In this document: one piece after another, positions 1-13,200 of the stretch
Position numbering within the stretch: the first letter of the stretch is position 1
Layout: every line of letters starts with the position of its first letter
Source of the DNA: Rotaria socialis
Taxonomy: Eukaryota
Direction of reading: 5' to 3'
Length of the DNA stretch: 64,000 nucleotides
NCBI GenBank assembly: GCA_905331295.1
Contig: CAJNYD010000224.1
Span: 277,042 to 341,041, forward strand
Program-made: the position numbers and the translations under genes
Notes under the pieces: generated by a model
Told to the model about the DNA's origin: nothing
Seen by the model: the letters and a program-made list of their open reading frames with translations, nothing else
Database searches by the model: none

Positions 1-3000
1 TTTTCTTTTTCTATGTATAATCGATGATTATAGCAATGGTTAATATCCGATTATAGGTATATTCTACGCTGTAGGAAATTATTTGGCAGAGTTAGATTTA
101 TTCTAAAAAAAAATCGAAATCATCTGAAATTGACATAGTTAGTAATTGTAAAAATTAGTTTACTTATCGCTTAAATAAATTATTTTTATTCGCTTCGTCT
201 TAAATAGAATACATGTTTTAAATCGATTCCACATCAAGTCTTAGAAAAATTATCTTTCATAAGATCGATAAAATCTATGTTTACATAACGTTCGATTTAT
301 TAGATTTCATTTAATCAAATTATCAAATAAATAGTAATTTGAATCATCGTAGTGCATCGTCGAATATATATTTCATTTGTAGCGATTCTGAAATAAAAAC
401 ACGCAATAGATGAGAAAGCAAATCCAAGAATGAATATTGCATTATCAAATTGACTTCAAAAATGAATAACAGAATAATTTACATAGTTAACCACTAATTA
501 TTAGAGATAACTAATTTACAAATAACGTAACATAAATCATCCATTTCAAGTCGCCTTATGCCATATAGAGTCACTTGAAATGCTTCAAACAGTTCTGTAT
601 ACGCTCTATACAACAGTAAATGTCTGTCATAAACATATATAATTATGTGTATATAGATTCGAATAGAATTGTTTCTTCTTTGAATAAAGTATACCAGATC
701 ATAAACTAATTTCTATTTAACAGATATTTGTACATGCTCTTCGTACTTTCATTTTATCCAAGTCATAAGACACCTATGAACACGTTGAGGTGTACTTGCC
801 AGATAATCATAAGTGGTTTTTTTTCCATGCAATCGAAAAATAAAGTTATCACGGCAAAAATCAATAAGAAATGGAGTATGCATGGAAGTTATATTCGCAC
901 TCATAAGAGAATATGATTTTTCTCTGTGAAATATCATTTTGATTTTTCTAATCTATAGGGGTTCATTCCTATGTTAAATATGTTGTAACTAATATAGATT
1001 ACTTACAAACTGTTTATCTTCATCGATCTATGGATTGATGATGATGATAATGATCATCATATTCAATAGAATAAACTCCTAGTATAAGTCGGTTCTAGAA
1101 TAATAGATTCGCGTGCAATCAGAAAAATAATTTTGAAATAGCATTAGAATTAACAAAAGTTAGTCATTATTTTAATTAAACCAATAAATCATTTACTTTT
1201 TCTTCGATCTATTAATGTCGGTGGGAAGTATTTTCTTTATTTTCCTGAATGAGAGTGCTTGAAGTGACTAGATTTTATTTCTTTTGTCTGTGAATAAATA
1301 TAATGATCCTCATAGGAGAAATAAAAGTAGTAGAATTGCCGAATATCTAGATGGTCGTCCGGATTCTTTCCCGCAAATTTTTGGAAAAGAATTTCCAACT
1401 GATTACGACAAAATTCGTACTTTGTTTTGAAGTATTCTATGACGCTGTTTTTGCGGAATTCATCGGTTAATATTGATGAATGAGTCTGGTATGGAGAGGA
1501 AACAAATCTAAACGGACAGAGCTAAACTAATAGACCTGGAAATGGCAACGCTAATTATAGTCTATATGACGTTGATTGTCTCTCATTCTGATTTTTTTCT
1601 GTATAAAGACATTCAATTTAGTCTAATCTAATCCTTTGCTTTTTTGCTCGACTGAATCATGCTCTGAAAATATTAAGATTAGTATCCAGATAAAAATATG
1701 TCATGCTAACCGTTTATCTCCTTTTTGAAAATATCTTTTATTGCCACCATATTTATGTGTAGGCAAAAAAGAAGAAGATAATTGCCTACAAAATTGCATA
1801 GCGATCTATAAGAATCAGTTGAGTTAGCTTTTGAAAGTCTCAAAATGAAGAAATTTCAAAAACTAAAATTCACATTATTCATAAAAATATTATGCCAGCC
1901 TAATAATGAAGATATCATTTTGTTCAGAAATAAATGTCTCTTTTTAAATTCTCTCTTGAATCATTGATTTGTTTAGCTTTCTAAGATTCATTCACAAAAT
2001 TGTACTGCATGAATTTAATAAATATTCTGAAGTAGCACTTAATATTGCTTCTATCTCAACGAGAGAGCATTATGCTGTTTCGAAAATTTTGCACCTAGCG
2101 ACAATTTTGTTGAAATATTAAAATCAAAATTTGTAATCAGACAATCAATATGAAACAAATGTCTAAAATCTATGAACTTACCTCATTTTTGTTGGATGGA
2201 TTAAAAGTAAATCTTCTTGCTACCAACAAAGCTCATGAATTCTAAGACGAAGTACATGAATATTGAATTATAATCCAAAGAAAAAACAAAAATAAGCTCG
2301 GTGTTTAGTTTTTACACGGATAATTAATTAAATACTTTTAATGAATAATCCCATAGAATAGTAGTAATAAAAGAATACAATCATGTCGACTAGTTGTTTT
2401 CAACGTGACTTTTAATTCCTAAAAAATGAATTTCAGCAACGTCAATTTTCAACTTACAATCATTCTCAATCACCATTCTTATTTATCTAATGAAATATAT
2501 ACACAATTATAGTCATGTATATGACAGCAGTACATTTAAAGTCACATTTCATCATGATTGTAGTTTAATATGACTGTTATCAAGTATAGCACTTCTCTCG
2601 AGCGTCTCAATAAAGATGTATGCTAGAAAGGATTATGAAAATAAAAATCATAAAAGAAAAAATTGCTATACCAGATAGTCTTCAATGTTCTCTGGAAAAT
2701 ATTTCATAATATTTAGTGAAATTTTACTATAGAAATATCCTAGATAGTTTTAATGGTCAATGTATTTTACTCAATGATGATAGTAGAAGAATGTTTGTAA
2801 GACACACGAGTAAAACAGATAGACTATAAATAAGACAAATAATGGTGCCGTTATTTTTGATCCTGATTAAAATTATGTCAAAAGATTGAAGAAGAGAAAA
2901 AAAATGTACTGCCATATATGAATTTTTATCATTATAATGAGATCATGTTGAATGAGAACTAAATAAATGCTAGTTGATGCTCTAAATATGAGCATGACAT

Positions 3001-3841
3001 AAAGTTTATCCTAATTTTGAGCTAAGACAAATGGATTTTTCTTATCCTCTCTATTTGTCCCGATAAATGCTCTTTTCTTTTTCTTTTTTTTTTGTTCTTT
3101 ACTGTTTGATTGATGAACAGCTAAAATTAATGAGCAACACACTTGATAATCAATTAATATTAAAAGCACTTCTAAATCAATAAGTTAATTTTTTTGTTGT
3201 TAAATTCAATGATAAATAAAAACAAAAAAATAACTTTCTTTTCATTCTGTTCTAATCATCACTTGACGAAACAATACAAAGTTAAAATTAAGAGTATAAA
3301 TGGAAAGAAAATGTTCGTTTTTTGTTTCTTTTTTAAACTCTTAACTGTTCTTTGTTGATTTTTGCTAAATGGACTCGACTTATTTTTTTTCTTGGCTTCA
3401 TTTTTACATTTGTTTGTTGGCGTTGCCAACCTTGATTATGTTTGAATGTTTAGAAAGAAGAAAAAGAAAATAAGAAAAAAAAGAAAACAGTAACGATGGC
3501 AGTATGCGATCAATCGCCACTTAATTGTAATACCATTTCTTTGCCTTTTCCGGAGTAATAGTTATATTTGAAGAGAAACTTTTTCTTTTTTTATGCCCAC
3601 TAATATATCGGCATTGGCTCTGATTTTCCTTGTTTAATCGATAAAGAGAACGATTGTTAAGTTTTCTAATCAGTCAGGCTATCGAACGGTAAGTGCCTAT
3701 CATCACGGTAAAGAAATGAAGTCTTATATTATAACATGACTTTAACGATTTTAACTTAAAATATTAATGAAGCTGTTCTATTTTTGTTTTAGGTTAACTT
3801 GACCACGAAATTAAATTATTTCATTATTTCAAGATATAATT

Positions 3842-6384
3842 ATGTCGTACGCATTAAATTTATTTATTTAAACCAAAGAAATAAAGAATAAAAGAAAAGA
3901 AACGATTTCTAATTGAAAGTGAGATAATTTAAACCAGTTTCGATGTGAAATTCTGTTTTGCTCACGAATACACATACACAAATACAAATTTGAGTCTTCA
4001 CAGATTTCAGCACTATCATAATGCTACATAATTTACTAATCTAATTTTTATGTTTTTCTTTTTATCTATTTCTCTTAGTTATCCAGCTGGACAAGATTTA
4101 AATTCATTTATTAATACATCTCGTATTCAGCGCGCTAATTCATTAATGGTCGGCTCAGCAAAAAGCTCAGTTACCTATCCGGGATCACACCCTTTTGAAA
4201 CGCGTAGTGAAGTTAATTTCAGCTCAGGCAATTCTCTACGAGCATTATCACCAGATGACATACAGAAAATGAAATATAAAATTGAACTAGGTAGGAACAT
4301 ACATATTTTTTATGTTTTTATTGTAATTAAAATCAGATTTGTTTTAGATAAGCAAGTAGCTGAAAAAAAAGAACGTCGTGCTCGCGAATGGGAAACTAAA
4401 ATTGAACGAGAGAAAAAATATGTAAATAGTGATGCGTTTTTCTTTTCTTTCATGTTGATAATTGATTTAAACGGGCAATAGCAACATTTTTAACAACCTT
4501 GACAATGGTCTCTGTTCTCTTTTTACTTAAAACAATTTTATAAGAGAAAACAAAATCAACATATACCTCTTTACTCATTCTTAACGACGTATTGTTATTT
4601 AAATAAACATGCTTGTGTAGGTTCGACATCAACCATTTGGACAACACGGCAATACTACTATTTTAAGTAAGAGTACCATTTCTTTTTTTCTTCTTCAGTA
4701 AATTATATTAAGAAATAATATTATTTGATTAGATACACACGAATTGGAGGAAATTTTAACAAAAGGCCGTGCTCCGTCACCAGTCTTAGATATGCCACAA
4801 CAGTTACCACTTAGTTATCCACAACCGTACATGCAAAACGGAAATAATATGTACGATTCACCACAAAGGTCCATATATAATTATTCTCCTTATAGTAACT
4901 ATTCGAATGGACAAACGAAACCACTATCTCCACAGAAACATGAACCGGATCCGAGCAATTTTAACTTTCATGGTTTCTATGGGCCAGTAAGTCTAAATAA
5001 AATTATACTAATTAGTGTAGTGCATACATTTCACAATCTATAATGATAACTCAACAGAGAAAAAGATAGGACAAGGTTTTCTCACTAAACGAAATTCTTA
5101 GATCAAAAACTCAGTTTATTATAAAATAAAAACATAATTAAGCTATTTAAATAATCATTCAAGCATGCAAATGGTAATATTGATCCTTCTAAACAATCTT
5201 CATCAACATCGAATGGTACTGCGCAACCAATTAAAGGCGATGCACACGATCCATTTCTTTTGTTTGGTAAATAAAACGAAAAAGCAAAAGAGGAAAAATA
5301 GAAAACACTTTACATTTTTTTTCTGCTTTTCTCTATTAGATCCAAATAAAGAAGGCCAAAATGTTTTTAATATCATTCCTCAACAAGATTTATATGATCC
5401 CTGGGGACGACCAGGTGGTGGTGCTCCTCTAATTCATCCACCAACTGGACAAAAATTTACAAGATACTCGGGAAGTTTACAGGAAAAACTAGTAAATGAT
5501 TCTCTTTTTTTTAGTTCTATTTTCAACCATAGCAACATTTGAATTTTTCTAGAATAAAGTTGGACCATTAGGTTTTGAACGAAGACACTACTCGGGTAAT
5601 ATCGATGAACAAAAACGTGATCTTGAAGTAGAACATAGACGTCGACAACAAGAGGAAATGGAACATCGATCAAATGTAAGCATTGCTTTATTTACTTTTT
5701 CTTTTTCTCTTTTCTCAAAATTTACTTTTTCCGTACTATAGGCCGGTGATACTGCTGAATGGATTTCACAACTTGAAAGTAGTCGTTATCCATTAAAATT
5801 ACATTTACCGACAACACAAACAACTAGAGAAGTGAATTTCTTTTGTATCGAAACTGTTCTTCAATTGAAAATTTAATCGAATAGTATATTGGTGCACGTG
5901 ATCGACATCGATCTGAAGAAAGTCGTGCTCTACACAATGATCTTGTTCGACAAGCTGATGAACGTTATCGAAATCAACAAATACATCGATATCATAATAG
6001 TATTGCTGAGTTACAAGTACAAAATTGATTTTTATTGACTAATAGAACTATAAAACAAATATTATTCTTCTTAGCATACTGAAGCACAGAACAGCTGGTG
6101 GGGTAGAAGTGGCGGCGGTGCACCATCAATTACAAATCGACGCCATAATGTTCAAGCAACATTAGAAACTCCACGACAAAGATTTGTATGATTTTTGTTT
6201 TTGTTCTGAATAATGACTAAAATTTTAATTTTAGACAACGAATCATCTTGGTCAATTAGTTGTAGCTGACGATGGCCCTCCAAGTCAAGGAAAAGTTTAT
6301 GACTCAGATTATTACTATCCTAAAGTAAAAGGCTTTTCCAGTCATCGAAACTTTTATCAAGCACTTGACGATAAAAGACTTTGA
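3842..6384 (+). CDS. 12-exon coiled-coil protein with two WGRxGGGAP motifs, CSPP1-like (possible centrosomal/ciliary microtubule-binding protein)
   Basis: Manual splicing gives a continuous frame: ATG TC (3842-3846), intron to 4078, then exons starting about 4079, 4348, 4621, 4733, 5164, 5340, 5553, 5742, 5885, 6074 and 6235, all GT-AG, ending TGA 6382-6384. Protein MSYPAGQDLNSF...KYKIELDKQVAEKKERRAREWE...YDPWGRPGGGAPL...SWWGRSGGGAP...DDKRL. The PWGxxGGGAP motif resembles CSPP1 from memory. The gene structure is firm, the family less so. Confidence 0.8.
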
Positions 6385-8024
6385 AATATTAGTCTTTTTC
6401 CATTTATTTTTTCACACTATGAATTTTAAACAACATTAAATAAACTATAAAACATATTTATAACGTAAACTTATATAAATTAATAATATGAGCCATCCCA
6501 TAATATTCTATAGGAATCAGAAATTTCTATATATATAAATGTTATCGTAGTTTAGACACACATGTACATAAGCATTGAAGCACTTGAAGAGAAGTTTTGT
6601 CTACCAAATTAATAAGATCGCCTAGTTTAATATTTCTCTAATTGTAAAAGGTATAAATCTAATTGGATTAACTGTCTTATCTTGTTTTTTTTTTGTCAAA
6701 GTAACTTTTTAAAAACACTGACTACTTACCTATTTTTTTCCTTTGAGAAGAATAAACTTGAGCAAGCTGGATATAAATCTAATTTTAATTTATAATAATT
6801 AGACAATGAATAGAGTAATATTATTGATACTGCTAACTGTCAATATATATATATATATATATATATTTATGTGAGATTGCGTGCGAATAAGAAAAAATAG
6901 AAACGACTACTCTGGATCATGATTAAAAATAATCCACTAAGTGACATTGCCAATGGGTAATTGTTCTATCGATGGTAGAAGGGGAATGTTCACGATTTTG
7001 AATGAGCATCAAAATATGAAGAGCTAGTAGTAGTTTATACGCTTAGTATCAACTTCAACAAAGATTTTTTTGACTATTATATGCTTTGGAAACTATTGTT
7101 CAAAATGTTTTAAAAAACTGAATATCGAAAATTATAAATAGAAATTGTCTCAGTCTATTTTTTTCATATTCAATAATGATTCACTCGTTGATGGTTCCAT
7201 ACTAAATTCAATAATAACCAATCAGCTTGTCATTTGAAATCACTATCTGTACACTTCAAGGATTCTAAAACTTATAGAACGCCACAAATCTTTTGTTCGA
7301 ATAAAGTAAAACTTATTCTTAGCCCTATTCACTTCGTTAGGATACAGAATGTTGCGTTATGATCATGCAAGTGTAAAATATAAGAAAGAATGTAGTCTTT
7401 TGACAAAAAGAAAAGTAAACATATTTTTGATCGTTTTCAATCGTTGACGTTCTTTCTAGAGAAAGAAAAATAAATCAGCTAAAATCGAATTATATTTTAA
7501 GTGTTTATTTATTTTTTCTATACATCAAGGATATTAGTAAAATGCTGAAGTATATAAAAGCTTTTTTAATACTAATTATTGGAATAGACTTGCTGTCACT
7601 AATATATTATTAATGGCGCTATGTATGTGTACGATATACTGACTCGCGTACGCCATTGAATGTTACGTCAGCTGAAATAGAAAAAAGATATAACATCAAA
7701 GAATTCTCGCTTTTGTGATTATTTTAAACGCATAGAAACTTCAAACTTCCAAGTAATCACTAGTACAAATAGTCAATATGATGTGAAAATTTTGAGTTTG
7801 CATAAATAACTACAGATCCATCAATCCTGGAAGGTAAAAGAACAAATAAGAATAAACTTGGAAAATATCGAGTTTTCTCTCTAAAAGAATATTCTATCTT
7901 TACTGTGATAATTATTTTTCTTCAATCCTTGCTCTTTCACAAATTAAACAATATCTATAGATCAGTATAATAAAGTAACAGTTGCCTTCTAATCTAAGTT
8001 CCACATAAAAGATTAAAAAGCTTA

Positions 8025-8349
8025 CCCATGTAATAAAAACTGCATGAAAATCGGCGGTTAACCGCGGTTTTACAGAACCGGTTACCGGCTCTCATTACCG
8101 CAGAACGGATAAATACCGCGGTTACCGCTAAAAACAAGTGGTTAACCGGTTCGTCTATAATCTTTGACAGAAAAAGTCTTCCAAATCATCAATTAAACTA
8201 TTTTAATCATCCTTTTTTTTTACTTTTACATGCGATAAACATGAGCAAAAACCGCCGGTTTTACCGATCCGGTTACCGGCTCCCATTACCGCAGAACGGA
8301 TAAATACCGCGGTTTGCCGCAAAAAATGATCCGGTATTCGCAACATGGG
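8025..8349. mobile_element. MITE-like element with short TIRs, TA flanks and an internal ~50-bp direct repeat
   Basis: TA-CCCATGT (8023-8031) and ACATGGG-TA (8343-8351). Internal repeat CCGGTTACCGGCTCYCATTACCGCAGAACGGATAAATACCGCGGTT at about 8078 and 8269. Confidence 0.7.
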
Positions 8350-8402
8350 TACTCTTTATGTAATTTAATACAAAATCAAAGATAAATGCATTCGTTCAGC
8401 TA

Positions 8403-8653
8403 CCCAGGTCGAGCATTACAGCTACCGGAAACAGTCGTATACGGCCGTAAACGTTAACATATACTGCTGTTTCTCACCGTAAATAGCCGTAACTTGATGT
8501 TTTGGCATGCACCGCATTACCACCGTAATTAATCGTGTCGTATGCGGCCAATAACGACCGTAATACGGTCGAAAAATTGAGTAATCGACCGGTTACGATT
8601 GTTTACGGCACGTTAAAAAACGGCCGTTTACGACCGTGTAGCTTTCACCTGGA
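8403..8653. mobile_element. MITE, CCCAGGTCGA-ended family (copy 1)
   Basis: TA-CCCAGGTCGA...ACCTGGA-TA, rich in ACGGCCGTAAACG motifs. Homologous to 39307-39527. Confidence 0.75.
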
Positions 8654-9710
8654 TAAATGAGATAAATATTTTATTGTTAGAAGTTTTAAAGCAAAAATAT
8701 TCAGAAGCATTTATGTAGCTTATACCACAAAATTAGTATTAAAACACTGGTGTAACAAAGTTACATAAAAATAATCAATTTGTAAACTCAAGGCACTCGG
8801 CCCTGCCTTTGGATCCTGCCGGAACCCATCGGAACCGGCACCAGATCATTCCAGAAGCCTGCATGTTTCACACTAAAATCTACCAGGATCAGACAGGGAT
8901 TTCGCCGAAATCTCTGCTCCCGGAATCCGGGCCGAAATTCAAAGGAAAATGGCCCGGTCGTTTCCTGTCGGATAATGCAACCAAGCATTATCAAAGCCGA
9001 TCGACCCAGACTACCGAATGATCCCGGGTTCACAAAGGCTTCACCACATATTTAACCGGATTCCATCAGATTCCGATGACAAGGACCTCATAAAAAATCT
9101 CTCATACAAGCGTTCTTCAGTCACACGATGAATCAACTGTAGTCTTCAGAAAAACGTACACCAACCGACACGACTACACCTCATGAATAATCACACATAA
9201 TCCAAACCCTCACCACCCTAACGGATCCGCAACACGCATAACCCCAACAGCACCCACCCTGAGAAAAATTGCAACCCGAAACCAACAACATTTTACTCAC
9301 CAATACACACGCTCAGAATGATATAGAACCATCCTACTATACATCGTATTCATTAAACGAATTATAGACCCCTTTACTGGGACATTTTGTACCATTTTAA
9401 TTCTTGAAAACATCCCTCCAAACATCACTTTGCGCGCATCGAAATCATTAATAATTCATAGATAATGCATCTGAATATCCTTCTGGACTAGGGTTGCCAC
9501 CTCTTCCGCTTTTTACGGAAAGTTTTCGCTTTTCCACTTTTTTCTCGTTATTTTTCCTCTGTTCCGCTGTTTTCCGCTTTTTCGTATAAAATGTGTTGCA
9601 CATCAAGCCTACGTACAGAATAATATTTGAAATTATCGAATCAATTCTTATCGTTTACAAATACCGTGAGCCATCATTCTTTTATGTTTTGAAACTTTGA
9701 TGAAGCCCAC

Positions 9711-9783
9711 NNNNNNNNNNNNNNNNNNNNNNNNNNNNNNNNNNNNNNNNNNNNNNNNNNNNNNNNNNNNNNNNNNNNNNNNN
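9711..9783. other. Assembly gap (run of N) next to a poly-C tract
   Basis: 73 N bases followed shortly by a long C homopolymer. Confidence 1.
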
Positions 9784-10001
9784 ATTTTTGCGCCACCCCC
9801 CCCCCCCCCCCCCCCCCCCAGAATCGACTTGCCGCTTGAAACTCTCAGGAATGAATGGTCCTAGTGAGAAACACTTACGGAAAATTTTCAGCTATGCTTA
9901 CCTTACTAAACGAGACTTGTGGCATATTTTATAGCTTCCACGAGAATTGATAGAATTGTCTGACTATGAGAGCTTTCGAGGTCGGGTCGGTTTTAAATTA
10001 A

Positions 10002-10221
10002 AGCTAGCCTCCATACGTAACTTTTCATCGGACAGAATTTCGGAATTCCCTTCTGTTCATGTTGTATAAGCATTTTACTCGGTATGACTGCCAAAGTAGG
10101 TATAAAAAACGCACTAAATCAGACTTTTCTCAGTTCAGGAATCCAATATCGAAAATCCATCAGATGAAAAGTTAGCTCTAATTGCGATCTTTAAAATAAA
10201 AATAAAATATGGAGGAAAGCT
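10002..10221. mobile_element. Small hairpin-like MITE nested inside the hAT-like element
   Basis: AGCTAGCCTCCATA...TATGGAGGAAAGCT outer inverted repeat and TAACTTTTCATC (10018)...GATGAAAAGTTA (10163-10174) inner inverted repeat. Confidence 0.5.
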
Positions 10222-13200
10222 AAAACCAAACGGAAGTTTTAGAAGTGAATTTTTCATTCAAACCTTTACAAACTACTTTTTAAACGGAATATTTCCAACA
10301 AATTGCATTACGATTTTTCAAAGTTGATCACAAATGGAGTCAACTAGCGCCATCTACCACCATGAAGTGGTATTGCTCTCTTATTTCTCCAGTAAGATGT
10401 GTCTTTTTACACTGCTGTACATGATTGATATGTTGATAATCGATCTTGAGGTAAATTTTAAATGTTTTTGATAACAATTAGTAACAAGACACAGTGGGTT
10501 ATATCTGACGGATCTCATACTCTTTCGTTGACATAGAATTATAAATTCTTGATTTTTAGATTTATTTCTAATAAAGATCAGTCAACTAGCAACGAGCAAT
10601 TCACGTATAAAGCACGTACATTTTCTGGTTCATCGTGTCAGCAACTAACAAATTTTCTTAAACGAAAAGGTACAAATGATAATAATAATATACACGACTA
10701 TTATCAAATAATTCACAACTCATTTTTGTTGCAACTGATGAAACAGACAGTTTGTGCCTCGTGCTAGTTAATATGGAATGGTGATATGTCTATTGCGAAA
10801 CGCGAAGGTACATCTTGTATTAATTTCTCTCTAGCAAAACTGAACAATTTTTCTATGGAACAGTTGTTTTTATATATTTTTTTATTTGCTGGTTCATGAA
10901 TGATTATGTTTCATTTTTTTCAGATATTTTCTATTATTTTAACAAAAGAATAAAATTTCTTTTCTGAAGAACTTGTTTTTGTTCTCTATACGATTTCCAG
11001 ATAAGATGAATAATTTTAATATTTGCTACAATGCATTCTGTCGTGCATTTGATAAAGTGATAAAGTAAATGTGATAGTACCACCTGGTCTAGTCGAAATC
11101 CTGAAGTCTCATAATTCAATGTATTCATCTGTGATTCACATGGATACAAATGATGCTCAAGCTGAGTGCAGTACTTAAACAAGTAGCGAAGATTCTATTG
11201 GGGATGAATCTGACAGCTCAGATAACACCGATTCGAGCAATATAAATCAAGCAAAACCAAAGAGACGTAAAAACGACGAGACTACTGAGTAGGTAGATCT
11301 GATCTACCAATGTTTGTATGAAAACTCTAAACCCTAGAAAAGAGGATATTGATTGAATTTTTCCGACTTTCTTGAAGTAATAATTTTGTTTTGAATAAAA
11401 ACATTTTTTTAGCACGACAAAACCTTTAACAAGGTCATTATCAACATTAGCAATAACAACAAACGCAAATCTACTAAATATACCATTATCATCATTAACA
11501 CTGACAATTAAACCAAATCAACTCGAATGGCCTCATGATTGAAAACATCGACAAGAAACTTATAACAAACTAAACCAACTAATTTTCGGTATTCGACAAC
11601 AAAAACTAAAAACAAAAAAGAGAAATCTATGAGCTACCCCCCATTAGTCAAACAAATTATTAGATGTTTATATCCATCAGACATTGTCTTCAATTTTAAA
11701 GCATTCATTGAACTGTTTAGCATTTAATTTTTGCTTCAGTTCTCTCCATTTTTCATCTGTTATTATCATTTATCCACAATACAGGGTTTCTATAATGTAA
11801 CTTCACGACATTTCTTGTACGTTAAACTAATGAGTCAACTTGAGAGATATAGAGAACTCGATTTTCTCAAAAATATGTAGGTTTCCGCAAAGTATATATA
11901 AGTTAAATGTATCATATCGAGCGCAAACATAATGTAATCATGATCTTAAGTGTTACAAGGCGTGCCTTGGTTGATGTAGGGGTGCTTCATTCAAACGAAT
12001 AGCCCATGAATCGATGGAAATGGGGAAAAAAGAAAAATTTCATCAAAAAAGCGAAAATATCGAAAAATTTGATAGTAGAGTGAGACTACTTCTTCCATAA
12101 CTCTGTCAAAACGTAACCGTTTTTCAAAAACTTATATATATATTCTGAAAGAGTAGATCACAGCGCATCTCCCTATAATAAAAGCTCAATTTCGCATTTT
12201 TTTCGAAAAATCGGTTTTCTGAGGGGGGGAGGCGACTGAAATAAAAAGAAATCCAATATAAAAAAGCATACCTAATATTTCAGAAGCACCACAAATCTGC
12301 AACCATATAAGCTACCGCTTTTCCCCTCCTTTTCTGTTTTTCTTTCCGCTATTTTCCCCTTTTAAGATCGGTTTTCCCATTTTTGGACTTCATCAGGTGG
12401 CAACCCTGTTCTGGACCATCACCACTAACTGTTTCGTCAATTATTATCATTTTAAACATCTTTAAAGAGTCATACTGTTGCACACTAAGTAAGCAAAAAT
12501 TGTTCCCCACATCATTTTGCACGCATCGAAATCATTAATAACCCATAGAAAATGCATCTTAATATCATTCTGGACCATCACCACGAACGTTTCCATACAT
12601 TAACTACATTCTAAACCTACCAAATGAGTCATTTTCTTTAACAAAAATTAATATAGAATCGCTCTGCACATCATTTTGCACGCATCCAAATCATCAATAA
12701 TTCATAGAAAATGTATCTGAATATCATTCTGAACCAACACGACTAACTTTTTCATCAATTATTATCACTCTAAACATCTCACAAGAGTGATACTGTTGAA
12801 CACCAATTCAGTAAAATCGCTCCACACCCTCATTTTGCACGCATCGAAATCATTAATAATTCATAGAAAATGCATCTTAATATCATTCTGGACCATCGTC
12901 ACGAACGTTTCCATACATTAATTACATTCTAAACCTACCAAATGAGTCATTTTCTTTAACAAAAATTAATATAGAATCGCTCTGCACATCATTTTGCACG
13001 CATCGAAATCATCAATAATTCATAGAAAATGCATCTGAATATCATTCTGGACCATCACCACTAACTTTTTCATCAGTTAATAACATTATAAACATCTTAA
13101 AGAAGCCATCTTGCTGCATAAACATTAAACGAAAATCGCTTGACAAATAATTTTGCACCCATCGAAATCATTAATCGTTCATAGATAACGTATCGGAGTA

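Larger units (their letters stand above)
9489..12408. mobile_element. Non-autonomous hAT-like DNA transposon containing nested elements and an assembly gap
   Basis: TIRs TAGGGTTGCCACCT / AGGTGGCAACCCTG. Perfect 8-bp TSD TTCTGGAC (9481-9488 and 12409-12416). Subterminal TTCCGCT repeats at both ends. No intact transposase ORF. Confidence 0.85.

Noticed and set aside
8788..9033. Overlapping GC-rich ORFs (also at 14931-15524 and 39113-39560)
   Set aside because: They arise from GC-rich MITE/repeat sequence and have no protein-like signal.
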